Source of the DNA: an uncultured Chloroflexia bacterium
Lineage (GTDB): Bacteria > Chloroflexota > Limnocylindria > Limnocylindrales > CSP1-4
Direction of reading: 5' to 3'
DNA: 64,000 nt
Assembly: GCA_963790915.1 (NCBI GenBank)
Contig: CAWBQS010000003.1
Coordinates: 552,471-616,470, forward strand
The number at the start of each line of letters is the position of its first letter. Within the stretch, counting starts at the first letter, position 1. Made by a program: the position numbers and the translations under genes. The notes beneath the pieces are model-generated. The model worked only from the letters and a program-made list of their open reading frames with translations. It made no database searches and was not told the DNA's origin. Below are positions 18,515-27,880 of this stretch, piece by piece.

Positions 18515-19503
18515 GCGGTCCTCCCGTGCCGGGAGCGCTGCAGGGCGCTGCTGGCCATATCACGAAGCACCGGACCCTGGACGGTCACGAGGACCGCGGT
18601 GATGATGAGCAGGCCGGTCACGAGGTCCTGCATGAACGGCTGCACCCCCTGCAGGTTCATGATGTTGCGGATCGCGAAGAGGAAGATGGCGCCCGCCCCG
18701 GCCGCCCAGAGGTGGCCACGCCCACCGAAGAGGTCCACCCCGCCGATGACGCAGGCGGCTACCGCCAGCAGCGTGTACGGCTCGCCCTGCAACGGGTTGG
18801 CGGTGCCCAGGCGGGCGGCCAGCATCGTGCCGGCCACGGCCGCGAGCAGCCCGGACACGAGGTAGGCGCTCGCCAGGACCCGGGCTACGGGAACCCCGGA
18901 GAGGCGAGCCACGGCGAAGTTGTCACCCGTCGCGCGCAGGTGCACGCCCCAGGTGGTCGCGCGCGTCACGACCTCGAGGATGATGAGCATGGTGACTGCC
19001 AGCAGGACGGTGATGGGGATGCCCATGAGGGCGTCGTTGCCGATCGACACGAAGTCGGGCGGGAAGACGGGGTGCCCGATGACGTTCGCGATGTAGAGGG
19101 CGAGGCCGGCGGCGATGCCCAGCGTGCCGAACGTGGCGATGAAGGGCGGGAGCTTGAGGCGGGAGACGATGACGGCATTGACCGCGCCCAGCAGGAGCCC
19201 GACCGCGAGGCCCACCACGACGGCCAGCGGCCAGGGCATCCCCGAGCTGACGAGCGCCACTTCCACGACGCCGACGAGGGACATGACCCCGCCGACGGAG
19301 AGGTCGATGCCGCCCGTGAGCAGGACCAGCGTCATCCCGAACGCCGCCACGGACAGGATGGCCGCCTCGAGCAGGACCTTGGAGAGGTTCGTCGTCGTCG
19401 CGAAGAACGGCACGAACTGCCCGACCAGCAGCACCACCACGGCGATCGCCACGGCCGCGGCGATGGCGCGCGCGAGGAGCCGGTCAGTGGGGCGGCGGGT
19501 CAT
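18511..19503 (-). CDS. Sugar ABC permease (RbsC/AraH-like), intact
   Basis: 330 aa, ATG 19503 preceded by GGAGGGAGG. Motifs TGGIDLSVGGVMSL, ATGDNFAVARLSGVPV, GGVDLFGGRG. Confidence 0.9.
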   Translation of the reverse strand: MTRRPTDRLLARAIAAAVAIAVVVLLVGQFVPFFATTTNLSKVLLEAAILSVAAFGMTLVLLTGGIDLSVGGVMSLVGVVEVALVSSGMPWPLAVVVGLAVGLLLGAVNAVIVSRLKLPPFIATFGTLGIAAGLALYIANVIGHPVFPPDFVSIGNDALMGIPITVLLAVTMLIILEVVTRATTWGVHLRATGDNFAVARLSGVPVARVLASAYLVSGLLAAVAGTMLAARLGTANPLQGEPYTLLAVAACVIGGVDLFGGRGHLWAAGAGAIFLFAIRNIMNLQGVQPFMQDLVTGLLIITAVLVTVQGPVLRDMASSALQRSRHGRTA

Positions 19504-19571
19504 CTTCCTCCCTCCAGCGAAGGCCGGCGCGACCCTCGAGGGCAGCGCCGGCCTCGTGTCTCAGGCTGGGC

Positions 19572-20525
19572 CTAGAAGGCCTTCGCCATGGCCTCCTCGG
19601 CGTTCTCGGTCGTGACCGTCACGGTGCCCGAGTCGATGTACTTCTCGAGCGAGCCCGGCTCCAGCTCACCGGCCGCCATCTTCATGGCGAAGTCGGCAGC
19701 CATGGACCCCATGGCCATGGGGTCCTGGGTGTTGTCGGCCATGATCCAGCCGTCCATGACTCCCTGGACGCCCACCTTGGAGCCGTCGATGGCGAGGATC
19801 TTGACGTCGGTCTTGCTCGCGCCGGCGAGCGCCTGGCGGATGCCGTCCACCATGACGTCGCTGGCCGAGAGGACGGCCTGCAGATCAGGGTTGGCCTGGA
19901 GGATGGTCTCCATGGCCGCGAGGGCAGTGGCGTTGTCCCACATCCCGGTGGCCGAGGCCACAGGGACGATGTTCCCGGAGGCGAGGCCTTCGTTGAAGCC
20001 CTTGAGCCGGTCGTCACCGGCGACCGAGCCGGGGGCGCCCTCGATGATGGCGACCTTGAGGGCCGGGTCGTTCATCGTCGTGACCAGGTAGGTGGCCAGG
20101 TCGCGGCCGGCCTTGACGTTGTCGGTCGCGATGAGCGTCTCATAGAGCGCTTCGTTGCCAGCCGCGATGGGCTGGTCGACGAGGAACACCGGGATACCGG
20201 CCTCCTGGGCCTTCTGCAGGGCCGGCAGGACGGCAGAGCCGTCCATCGGGCTCACGATGATGCCGTCGACCTGCTGGGTGACGAGGTCTTCGAGCTGGCT
20301 GGACTGCTGGGCGACAGCGGTCTGGCCGCCGGCCACGAGCAGCTGCACGCTGCCGCCGAGGCCTTCGACCGTGTCGGTCGCCGACTGCACCCAGGCCGCC
20401 TGGAATGGATCGTTGGTGATGGTCTTCACGGACAGCCCGATGACCGGGGCGTCCTGCGCCATGGCCGCCGCAGGCAGCATGGCCACGAGGAGCGCTGCCG
20501 CTCCAAGGATCCCGAAACGTCGCAT
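19572..20525 (-). CDS. Periplasmic sugar-binding protein (PBP1, RbsB/AraF-like)
   Basis: ATG 20525 with GAGAGG 8 nt upstream. Signal peptide MRRFGILGAAALLVAMLPAAAMAQ. The mature part starts IGLSVKTITNDPFQ, followed by VDGIIVSP and IPVFLVD, as in ribose/arabinose/galactose binding proteins. Confidence 0.9.
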   Translation of the reverse strand: MRRFGILGAAALLVAMLPAAAMAQDAPVIGLSVKTITNDPFQAAWVQSATDTVEGLGGSVQLLVAGGQTAVAQQSSQLEDLVTQQVDGIIVSPMDGSAVLPALQKAQEAGIPVFLVDQPIAAGNEALYETLIATDNVKAGRDLATYLVTTMNDPALKVAIIEGAPGSVAGDDRLKGFNEGLASGNIVPVASATGMWDNATALAAMETILQANPDLQAVLSASDVMVDGIRQALAGASKTDVKILAIDGSKVGVQGVMDGWIMADNTQDPMAMGSMAADFAMKMAAGELEPGSLEKYIDSGTVTVTTENAEEAMAKAF

Positions 20526-20757
20526 GTGGATGACCTCTCTGTGTGTGCGTGGGCCGTGCGGGCCCCGAAACCGAAACCAGCGCGGATCACGTCCGGCTCT
20601 GCCTGCGCAGCACCCGGGCAGCAGCGCCGCCCGGCGCCGGCACGGCGCCGATGATCCGCTCGACGGTGCCGCCAGGAGCCACTGCGGTCCACAGGACCGA
20701 CCCCGCTCCGGCGGGCGCTCGCGCGCGGTATCTGTCCGGCTCCCCTCCTTCTGCTTC

Positions 20758-20776
20758 ATGCAGGTCAGACCTGCAT
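20758..20776. promoter_or_regulatory. Perfect 19-bp palindrome ATGCAGGTC-A-GACCTGCAT, candidate operator in the divergent region
   Basis: Read directly from the sequence. It lies between the transporter/GRE operon start (20525) and the ArsR-type regulator start (20888), next to the AT-rich GACTATAAAGCACT. Confidence 0.45.
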
Positions 20777-20887
20777 CACTCCAGCGGACTATAAAGCACT
20801 CCAGGCCGCGCCGTCGAGATGCGGCGCATTCGACCCAGCGAACCACCCGGTCCGCCGTAAGTCAGCCAGGATGTACTGGATGACATC

Positions 20888-21886
20888 GTGTATGGTTGGA
20901 CGGTGCGAGGCAAGACACTGCACCTCCTGGCGGCCAGCGACGAGGCCGGACACCTCGACGTCTTCAAGGCTCTCTCCAGCCCCACGCGCCTGGGCATCCT
21001 GGAGCTGCTGGGGTCGGGATCGCTGCCCATCGCCCGCATCGCCAGTCGCATGGACATCCCGCCCTCCACGGCGGCCATGCACGTGGCCGTGCTGGAGCGG
21101 TCTGGCCTCATCCGCACGGACATGACGCCCGCCAATCGGGGCCTGCAGAAGGTCTGCACGCGCAAGTACGACGAGATCTCCATCCTCATCCCGCGCGAGG
21201 ATTCTGCGGCTCATGCCCGCAGCGAGATCAGCATGCCGGTGGGCGCCTACTCGGAGTTCGAGGTGGAGCCCACCTGCGGACTGGCCGGCGTTCACGGGCT
21301 CATCGGCTACATCGACGACCCCTCCAGCTTCTATGAGCCTGAGCACCTCACGGCGCAGCTCATCTGGTTCCGCCGCGGCTACGTGGAGTACCGCTTCCCC
21401 AACCGCGTGCCGTCCACCTCGCGCATCGCCTCGGTGCAGTTCTCGGCGGAGCTCTGCAGTGAAGCGCCGCTCCACAACGACGACTACCCGAGTGACATCA
21501 CCGTCTCCATCAACGGCGTGGAGCTGGGCACGTGGACCTCGCCGGGCGACTTCGGCGGCGAGCGGGGACGGCTGACGCCCGACTGGTGGGAGGTCGGGGA
21601 CTCGCAGTACGGGCTGCTCAAGCGCTGGCGCGTGTCGGCGGAAGGTACGTCGCTGGACGGCGTGCACTTCTCTGACGTGACGCTGGACGACCTGCGCCTC
21701 GCGCCGCGGGAGCCCATCCGCGTGATCGTCAGCGTGGAGCGTGGCGCCGTCCATGTCGGCGGCATCAACCTCTTCGGCCGGCAGTTCGGGAACTACCCGC
21801 AGGACCTCGTGCTGGCCATCGACTACGTGCCCCTCGACGGCGTCGCCGTCGAGACGGCCGCCCCGGCCCTGCTGACGACCGCCTGA
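20888..21886 (+). CDS. ArsR-type winged-helix regulator with a roughly 230-aa C-terminal domain of unknown function
   Basis: HTH segment FKALSSPTRLGILELLGSGSLPIARIASRMDIPPSTAAMHVAVLERSGLI. The remaining 230 aa have no motif I recognise. GTG start. Confidence 0.75.
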   Translation: MYGWTVRGKTLHLLAASDEAGHLDVFKALSSPTRLGILELLGSGSLPIARIASRMDIPPSTAAMHVAVLERSGLIRTDMTPANRGLQKVCTRKYDEISILIPREDSAAHARSEISMPVGAYSEFEVEPTCGLAGVHGLIGYIDDPSSFYEPEHLTAQLIWFRRGYVEYRFPNRVPSTSRIASVQFSAELCSEAPLHNDDYPSDITVSINGVELGTWTSPGDFGGERGRLTPDWWEVGDSQYGLLKRWRVSAEGTSLDGVHFSDVTLDDLRLAPREPIRVIVSVERGAVHVGGINLFGRQFGNYPQDLVLAIDYVPLDGVAVETAAPALLTTA

Positions 21887-21950
21887 ACTCTCCGAAGCCG
21901 GCGCTCGCTGAGCCTCCGGCCCGCGGTGCGAGCGGCGCTCGGGCCGGACG

Positions 21951-23450
21951 TCAGACCGCGCCGGCCAGGTGCCAGTAGACCTGGCTCCACTGCACCTCCT
22001 GCCCGAAGCGCCAGGCATCCGTACCGGCGCCGATGGCCAGCAGCTCCACGCCGACCATCGTGGCGAAGTCGCGCATGACCTCCAGGTCGATGGCCAGGCT
22101 GTAGGCCGTGTGGTGCGGTCCGCCGGCCGTGAGCCAGGCTTCCGCGGCCGTGGCCAGGTCCGGGCGGGGCTCCCAGACCGCGCGAGCCACGGGCAGCCGC
22201 GGCAGATCCTCCGGCGGCTCCACGCCGTCCGCCTCGTTGACCAGGAGACGAAGGCGGTTGCCCATGTCGACGAGGCCGACGATGAGCGCCGGGCCGGGCC
22301 GCGCGCTGAAGACGAGACGCACGGGGTCCTCGCGCCCGCCCACGAAGAGCGGATGGATCTCGGCACGCGGCCGCGCGGCCGCGATGCTGGGGCAGATCTC
22401 CAGCATGTGGGCACCCAGCGTCTGGCCGGGCGAGCCGAAGTCGTACGTGTAGTCCTCCATGAACGACGAGCCGCCGGGCAGACCATCGCCCATGGCCTTG
22501 ACGAGTCGCACCAGGGCGGACGACTTCCAGTCTCCCTCGCCGCCGAAGCCGTAGCCATCCGCCATCAGCCGCTGGGCGCCGATGCCCGGAAGCTGGCGCA
22601 GGCCACCGAGGTCCTCGAAGGTGTCGGTGAAGGCCATGAAGCCGCCGTCGCCCAGGAAGGCGCGCAGGCCCAGCTCGATGCGGGCCGCTTCGCGCAGGGA
22701 CGCGCGACGGTCGCCGCCGGGCCGCAGCTCCGCCGCGACCTCGTACAGCTCGTCGTACTCGGCACAGAGTCGCTCGACGTCTGCGTCCGCGACCTCGCCG
22801 ACGACCCGCACGAGATCGTTGACCGCATACGTGTTGCAGGCGATGCCCAGCCTGGCCTGCACCTCCGTCTTGTCGCCCTCGGTATCCGCGACGTGGCGCA
22901 TGTTGTCGCCGAAGCGGCAGACCTTGAGGTGCCGGCCCTCGTGCACGCCGACCGCGGCCCGCGCCCAGGCACCGATACGGCCCTGCACGGCCGGGTCCTG
23001 CCAGTGGCCCACGACCGTCTTGCGGGGATGGCGCAGCCGCGTGGCGATGTAGGCGAACTCGCGGTCGCCGTGCGCCGACTGGTTGAGGTTCATGAAGTCC
23101 ATGTCGATGCTCGACCAGGGCAGGTCGCGCCCGAATTGCGTGTGCAGGTGGAGCAGCGGCTTCTGGAGGGCCTGCAGACCGGCGATCCACATCTTGGCCG
23201 GGCTGAAGGTGTGCATCCAGGCGATGACCCCGATGCAGCGGTCGTCGGCGCTGGCATCCAGGCAGGCCTGGCGGATGGCATCCGGGTGGAGCAGCGTGGG
23301 CACCTTCACGATCTCCACGGGGATGGCCGGCGCCGCCCCAAGGCCCTCGACGATGCGGGTCGACTGCTCGGACACCAGCCGCAGCGTCTCATCGCTGTAG
23401 ACGTCCAGGCTGCCCGTCAGGAACATGATCCGAAGTCCGTCGAAGGCCAT
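21951..23450 (-). CDS. araA: L-arabinose isomerase
   Basis: 499 aa, RBS GAGGAGG. The full length reads like AraA: MFLTGSLDVY, IAWMHTFSPAKMW, LHLHTQF, FMNLNQSAHGDREF, FMEDYTYDF, GAHMLE, GGPHHTA. Confidence 0.92.
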   Translation of the reverse strand: MAFDGLRIMFLTGSLDVYSDETLRLVSEQSTRIVEGLGAAPAIPVEIVKVPTLLHPDAIRQACLDASADDRCIGVIAWMHTFSPAKMWIAGLQALQKPLLHLHTQFGRDLPWSSIDMDFMNLNQSAHGDREFAYIATRLRHPRKTVVGHWQDPAVQGRIGAWARAAVGVHEGRHLKVCRFGDNMRHVADTEGDKTEVQARLGIACNTYAVNDLVRVVGEVADADVERLCAEYDELYEVAAELRPGGDRRASLREAARIELGLRAFLGDGGFMAFTDTFEDLGGLRQLPGIGAQRLMADGYGFGGEGDWKSSALVRLVKAMGDGLPGGSSFMEDYTYDFGSPGQTLGAHMLEICPSIAAARPRAEIHPLFVGGREDPVRLVFSARPGPALIVGLVDMGNRLRLLVNEADGVEPPEDLPRLPVARAVWEPRPDLATAAEAWLTAGGPHHTAYSLAIDLEVMRDFATMVGVELLAIGAGTDAWRFGQEVQWSQVYWHLAGAV

Positions 23451-23532
23451 GGGTCCCCTCCTCGCAGGCTGCCGTTGGGTGCATCGCGAGTCTAACTCGC
23501 GACCGCGGTGGACCCCGCTCCGACGTTCGCGG

Positions 23533-23721
23533 CTACGGCAGGTGGTAGCAGTTGTCCGGGGTGTTGCGGATCACATTCGCACCCGTAGCTGGCGGCGCGC
23601 AGGCGACGCCGACGAGGGAGCCTTGCTTGGTGTTGTGGACCCCGCCGCCGTGCACTGCGGTGTTGCCGCTGATCCTGGCTGAGTCGTTCATGGTGAGGAT
23701 GCAGCTCGGGTCATGGGACAT
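23533..23721 (-). pseudogene. Remnant of a second PMP-type beta-helix gene (last repeat plus C-terminal cap only)
   Basis: LTMNDSARISGNTAVHGGGVHNTKQGSLVGVACAPPATGANVIRNTPDNCYHLP aligns with the last 53 aa of the 9418..10599 product (LTMAGSSIITSNSATKGGGIYMAYGGDLVGVMCTPEPTANVSGNDPDDCRFRR). No signal peptide or upstream repeats. Confidence 0.6.
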
Positions 23722-23752
23722 CGGCACGATGCCCTCCCCTACTGCCCCACCC

Positions 23753-25022
23753 TCAGCCAGCGATGATGCCCAGCTCGTTGCCCACGCGGGCCATCGTCTC
23801 CAGCGCGCGGTCGAGGTGCTCATCCGTGTGAGCCGCGGTCACGATCGTGCGCAACCGCGCGCCGTCCAGGGGCACGGTGGGGTAGACGACAGAGGTGGCG
23901 AAGATGCCCGCTTCGAAGAGCCGGTCGCTGAAGCGGATGGCGGCCTCCGACTCGCCGACCATGATCGGCGTGATGGGCGTCTCCGAGGCGCCCGTGTCGA
24001 AGCCGAGGCGTGCCAGCTCCGCCTTGAAGCGCCGGGTATTGGCCCAGAGCCGCTCGAAGAGGCCGTCCTCTTCGCGCATGACCGCCAGGGCCTCGAGGCA
24101 GGCCGCCGCCACAGCCGGCGGGTGCGAGGTGGAGAAGAGGAAGGGTCGCGCGCGCTGCGTCAGCAGGTCCCGGAGCACCGTCGAGCCGGCCACGTAGCCT
24201 CCCAGCACACCGACGGCCTTGGAGAGGGTGCCCACCTGGATGGCGACGCGGCCGTGCAGCCCGAAGTGATCCACGCTGCCGCGGCCGTGGTCGCCCAGCA
24301 CACCGGAGGCGTGGGCGTCGTCGACGTACACGGCGGCACCGACCTCCTCGGCGGCGCCCGACGATGCCCGGCAGCGGGCAGATGTCCCCGTCCATGGAGA
24401 AGACCCCGTCGGTCACGACGAGGATGAGCCGGTACGGTTCGCCAGTGCCCGGTCGCCCCTCGGCGACCGCCCGGGCCAGGATGGCGCGCAACGCCGCCAC
24501 GTCCTTGTGCGGGTAGACCTGCCGTGCCGCCCTGGAGAGACGCAGGCCGTCGATGATCGAGGCGTGGTTGAGCGCGTCGCTGACGATGAGGTCCGCTTCG
24601 CCGGTGACGACCGGCAGGACGCCCGTGTTGGCCGTGAAGCCAGACTGGAAGACGAGCGTGGCCTCGGTGGCCTTGAAGTCGGCCAGCTCTCGCTCCAGTC
24701 GTTCGTGGATGGCGAGCGTCCCGGCGATGGTGCGCACGGCCCCGGAGCCGACGCCCAGCTCACGCACGGCCCGCTCCGCGGCAGCCCGCAGGCGCGGGTG
24801 GTGCGTGAGGCCCAGGTAGTCGTTGGAGGAGAAGCTGATGACCTCACGGCCATCGACGCGGCAGACCGGCCCCTGCGCCGTGCCCAGCTCGCGCAACGGG
24901 CGGTAGAGGTGGCGAGCGTGCAGGTCGGCCAGCTCGTCGGCCAGGAAAGCCAGCGGGTCGTGGGTCGCGCGCCTGCCCTGCTCGCCGTGCGGCGGGGGGC
25001 CGGACATCGGTTCGCGGGCCAT
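23753..25022 (-). pseudogene. kbl: 2-amino-3-ketobutyrate CoA ligase (glycine C-acetyltransferase) with one frame break near 24357-24360 (pseudogene or assembly indel)
   Basis: The N-terminal frame reads [36 protein letters not shown]. The C-terminal frame (ORF 23753..24331) reads [21 protein letters not shown]...GTLSKAVG (PLP lysine). The junction is in a CCC/GGG run. The start overlaps the tdh stop. Confidence 0.85.
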
Positions 25023-26050
25023 CACAGGCTCCAGTCGAGGAGCACCTTGCCGGACTCACCGGAGCGCGCCGCCGCGAAGGCCGCAGCGTGGTCGGTGAAG
25101 GCGAAGCGATGGGTGATGGCCGGCCGGATGTCCAGGCCCGACTGGAGCATGACGCTCATCTTGTACCAGGTCTCGTACATCTCGCGGCCGTAGATGCCGC
25201 TGATCGTGAGCATCTTGAAGATGACGGCGTCGAGGTCCAGGCTGAGCGGCTCGCTCGGGATGCCCAGCTGCGCCAGGCGACCGCCGTGCGCCATGCTGGC
25301 GATGGCCGTGCGGATGGCGGCCGGGTTGCCGGACATCTCGAGCGCCACGTCGAAGCCCTCGACCATGCCCAGGCGACGCTGCACCTCAGCCAGGTCATCG
25401 ACGCCCGGATCCACCACGTGCGTGGCGCCCATGCGCTCCGCCAGTGCGCGGCGATAGGCGTTGGGCTCGCTGACCACGATGTGGCGGGCGCCGGCGTGTC
25501 GCACCACGGCCACGGCCATGAGGCCGATCGGCCCGGCCCCCGTGACCAGCACGTCCTCACCCAGCACATCGAAGCGCAGCGCCGTGTGGACCGCGTTGCC
25601 GAAGGGATCGAAGATGGCGGCCACGTCCTCGTCGATGCCGGGCCAGTGATGCCAGACGTTGGTCATGGGCAGGGACACATACTCAGCGAACGCCCCGTCA
25701 CGACCCACCCCGAGGCCGATGCTGTGGGCGCAGAGGTGTCGGCGCCCGGCCAGGCAGTGGCGGCAGCGACCGCAGACGACGTGGCCCTCGCCGCTGACGA
25801 TGTCGCCCGGCCCGAAGTCGCTGACGTTGTCGCCCACGGCCACGATCTCGCCCACGAACTCGTGGCCGACCACGAGGGGCGGCTTGATGGCGCCGGCTGC
25901 CCAGGCGTCCCATGACTCGATGTGCAGGTCGGTGCCGCAGATCCCGGCCTTGCGCACCCGGATGAGGACGTCGTTCATGCCCATCTCCGGCTCGGGAACC
26001 TCCAGCAGTCCCAGTCCCGGACCGGACGTGACCTTCACCAGGGCGCGCAT
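25022..26050 (-). CDS. tdh: L-threonine 3-dehydrogenase (zinc MDR family)
   Basis: ATG 26050. Motifs GICGTDLHI, GHEFVGEIV, CGRCRHCLAG, VTGAGPIGL, and the typical C-terminus ITHRF..FEL-like ending GKVLLDW. Operon with kbl. Confidence 0.9.
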   Translation of the reverse strand: MRALVKVTSGPGLGLLEVPEPEMGMNDVLIRVRKAGICGTDLHIESWDAWAAGAIKPPLVVGHEFVGEIVAVGDNVSDFGPGDIVSGEGHVVCGRCRHCLAGRRHLCAHSIGLGVGRDGAFAEYVSLPMTNVWHHWPGIDEDVAAIFDPFGNAVHTALRFDVLGEDVLVTGAGPIGLMAVAVVRHAGARHIVVSEPNAYRRALAERMGATHVVDPGVDDLAEVQRRLGMVEGFDVALEMSGNPAAIRTAIASMAHGGRLAQLGIPSEPLSLDLDAVIFKMLTISGIYGREMYETWYKMSVMLQSGLDIRPAITHRFAFTDHAAAFAAARSGESGKVLLDWSL

Positions 26051-26310
26051 GGACACCTCGCGTGCGAACGGATGGCCGCCATCTTCGACCCACGGCGCTT
26101 CGCCGTCCACTCGAGGGCCGATCGGCATCCTCTCCGCGCTGCCGGGGCAGGCGCAACGGCCGCCGGGTGCGGGCGATTCGGCCCTATCGAGACGCTGCCG
26201 CGGAGGTGACGCTGTCAGGCACAACCGAAGAAGGTCGAACTCCGGAGGCATTCCCCCCTGGCGTCCCGGCGATTCGAGTCGTGGGCACATCCTGGTACAC
26301 AGCCATCCGA

Positions 26311-26337
26311 TCACCGTCCGCGGTCACCGTCCATCAC
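26311..26337 (+). promoter_or_regulatory. Direct repeats TCACCGTCC-N4-TCACCGTCC-A-TCAC upstream of hdrC
   Basis: Read directly from the sequence, 35-60 nt upstream of the hdrC ATG (26372). Confidence 0.25.
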
Positions 26338-26371
26338 GGGCCGCGGGCGTTTGAGCAAATGAGGCGTACAG

Positions 26372-27010
26372 ATGCCAAAGGCACAGATCCCGTCTCCCCC
26401 CGCACCGGTCGGGGGCAGACGCGCCCCGACCTTCCAGGAGGAGATCCTGGCGTCGATCCCGGCCGACTCCCGCCTGGAGACGTGCATCCAGTGCGGCACG
26501 TGCGGGGGATCCTGCCCCTCCGAGCGGGACATGGACCACACGCCTCGCCAGATCTTCGCGCTCATCCGGGCCGGCGCCCGGGATCGCGTCATGGACAGCA
26601 ACACACCCTGGATGTGCGTGTCGTGCTACCTGTGCGCCGTGCGCTGCCCGCAGAAGATCCACATCCCTGACGTCATGTACGCCCTGAAGGCCAAGGCCAC
26701 CCGGGAGAACCGGGTGCCCAGCCACGTGGCCCCCGACTTCTCGCGCACGTTCGTGGATTACATCCACAAGTACGGGCGCAGCTTCGAGGTCGGGCTCGTC
26801 GCCAAGCACTACCTGCGCCACTACATGACGCGCCTGCCCGGCATGACCACCTCCGGCATCGGCATGGTCACCAAGGGCCGCATGGGCTTCCGGCCACATC
26901 GCATCGTCGGGCTGGAGGGCCTCAACGCCATCCTGGCCCGTGCCACCGAGCTCGAGGAGGCCCGGCAGCGCAGCCTCTATGACGCGCCGGTCCAGGACGG
27001 GAGCCACTGA
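26372..27010 (+). CDS. hdrC: Heterodisulfide reductase subunit C
   Basis: Two ferredoxin motifs, CIQCGTCGGSCP and CVSCYLCAVRCP. 212 aa. TGATG junction with hdrB. Confidence 0.9.
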   Translation: MPKAQIPSPPAPVGGRRAPTFQEEILASIPADSRLETCIQCGTCGGSCPSERDMDHTPRQIFALIRAGARDRVMDSNTPWMCVSCYLCAVRCPQKIHIPDVMYALKAKATRENRVPSHVAPDFSRTFVDYIHKYGRSFEVGLVAKHYLRHYMTRLPGMTTSGIGMVTKGRMGFRPHRIVGLEGLNAILARATELEEARQRSLYDAPVQDGSH

Positions 27011-27876
27011 TGGCCGAGTACCTCTACTACCCCGGCTGCTCGATGGATGGCACCGGACGCGCCTACCACGACTCGATCGTGTCCGTGCTGCCGGAGCTGG
27101 ACATCCGCCTCGCGGAGCTCGACGACTGGAACTGCTGCGGGGCGACCGAGTACATGGGCATCAGCCCGCTTCGCTCGCAGGCGCTCGTGGGCCGCAACCT
27201 CGCCCTCGCGGAACGACAGAAGACCGATCGGGACACGCTGGTGGCGCCCTGCAGCGCCTGTTATGTGAACCTCGCCCGGACGGATTCCTACGTGCGCGAG
27301 TCGCCGGAGCTGGCGGCCACCGTCAACGAGGCCCTGGCTGCGGACGGCATGAGCTACACCCCGGGCTCGATCGCCGTGCGGCACCTGTTGGAGGTCCTCC
27401 TCGATGACGTGGGGCTCGAGGAGATCGGCCGCCACGTCCGCCGACCCCTCAAGGGACTCAAGCTGGCTCCCTACATGGGCTGCCTCGTCTCGCGCCCGGA
27501 CTACGACGACCGCTGGCAGCACCGTGAACACCCGCATGCCCTTGACCAACTGCTGCTGACCCTGGGCGCGGACGTCGTCGAGTTCTCCCGGCGCACGGAC
27601 TGCTGCGGCGGACACATGACGCAGATCAGCCCGGAGACCGGCCTGGAGCTCATCCGCCGGCTGATCGTGGCGGCCGAGCGCAGCGGGGCGCACGCCCTGG
27701 TGACCGTCTGCCCGATGTGCCAGATGAACGTGGACTTCTACCAGCGGGAGATGAACCACCACTACCGCGAGAACCACCACATGCCCATCCTCTTCTTCAC
27801 GCAGCTGATGGGCCTGGCCTACGGCATGGCACCGGAGCGCCTGGGCTTCGGGCGGGAGATCGATCTCCTCGCATGA
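27010..27876 (+). CDS. hdrB: Heterodisulfide reductase subunit B (two CCG domains)
   Basis: YYPGCS.., NCCGAT.., PCSACY; second half MGCLVSRP.., DCCGGH.., VCPMCQMN. Confidence 0.9.
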   Translation: MAEYLYYPGCSMDGTGRAYHDSIVSVLPELDIRLAELDDWNCCGATEYMGISPLRSQALVGRNLALAERQKTDRDTLVAPCSACYVNLARTDSYVRESPELAATVNEALAADGMSYTPGSIAVRHLLEVLLDDVGLEEIGRHVRRPLKGLKLAPYMGCLVSRPDYDDRWQHREHPHALDQLLLTLGADVVEFSRRTDCCGGHMTQISPETGLELIRRLIVAAERSGAHALVTVCPMCQMNVDFYQREMNHHYRENHHMPILFFTQLMGLAYGMAPERLGFGREIDLLA

Positions 27877-27880
27877 GGCC

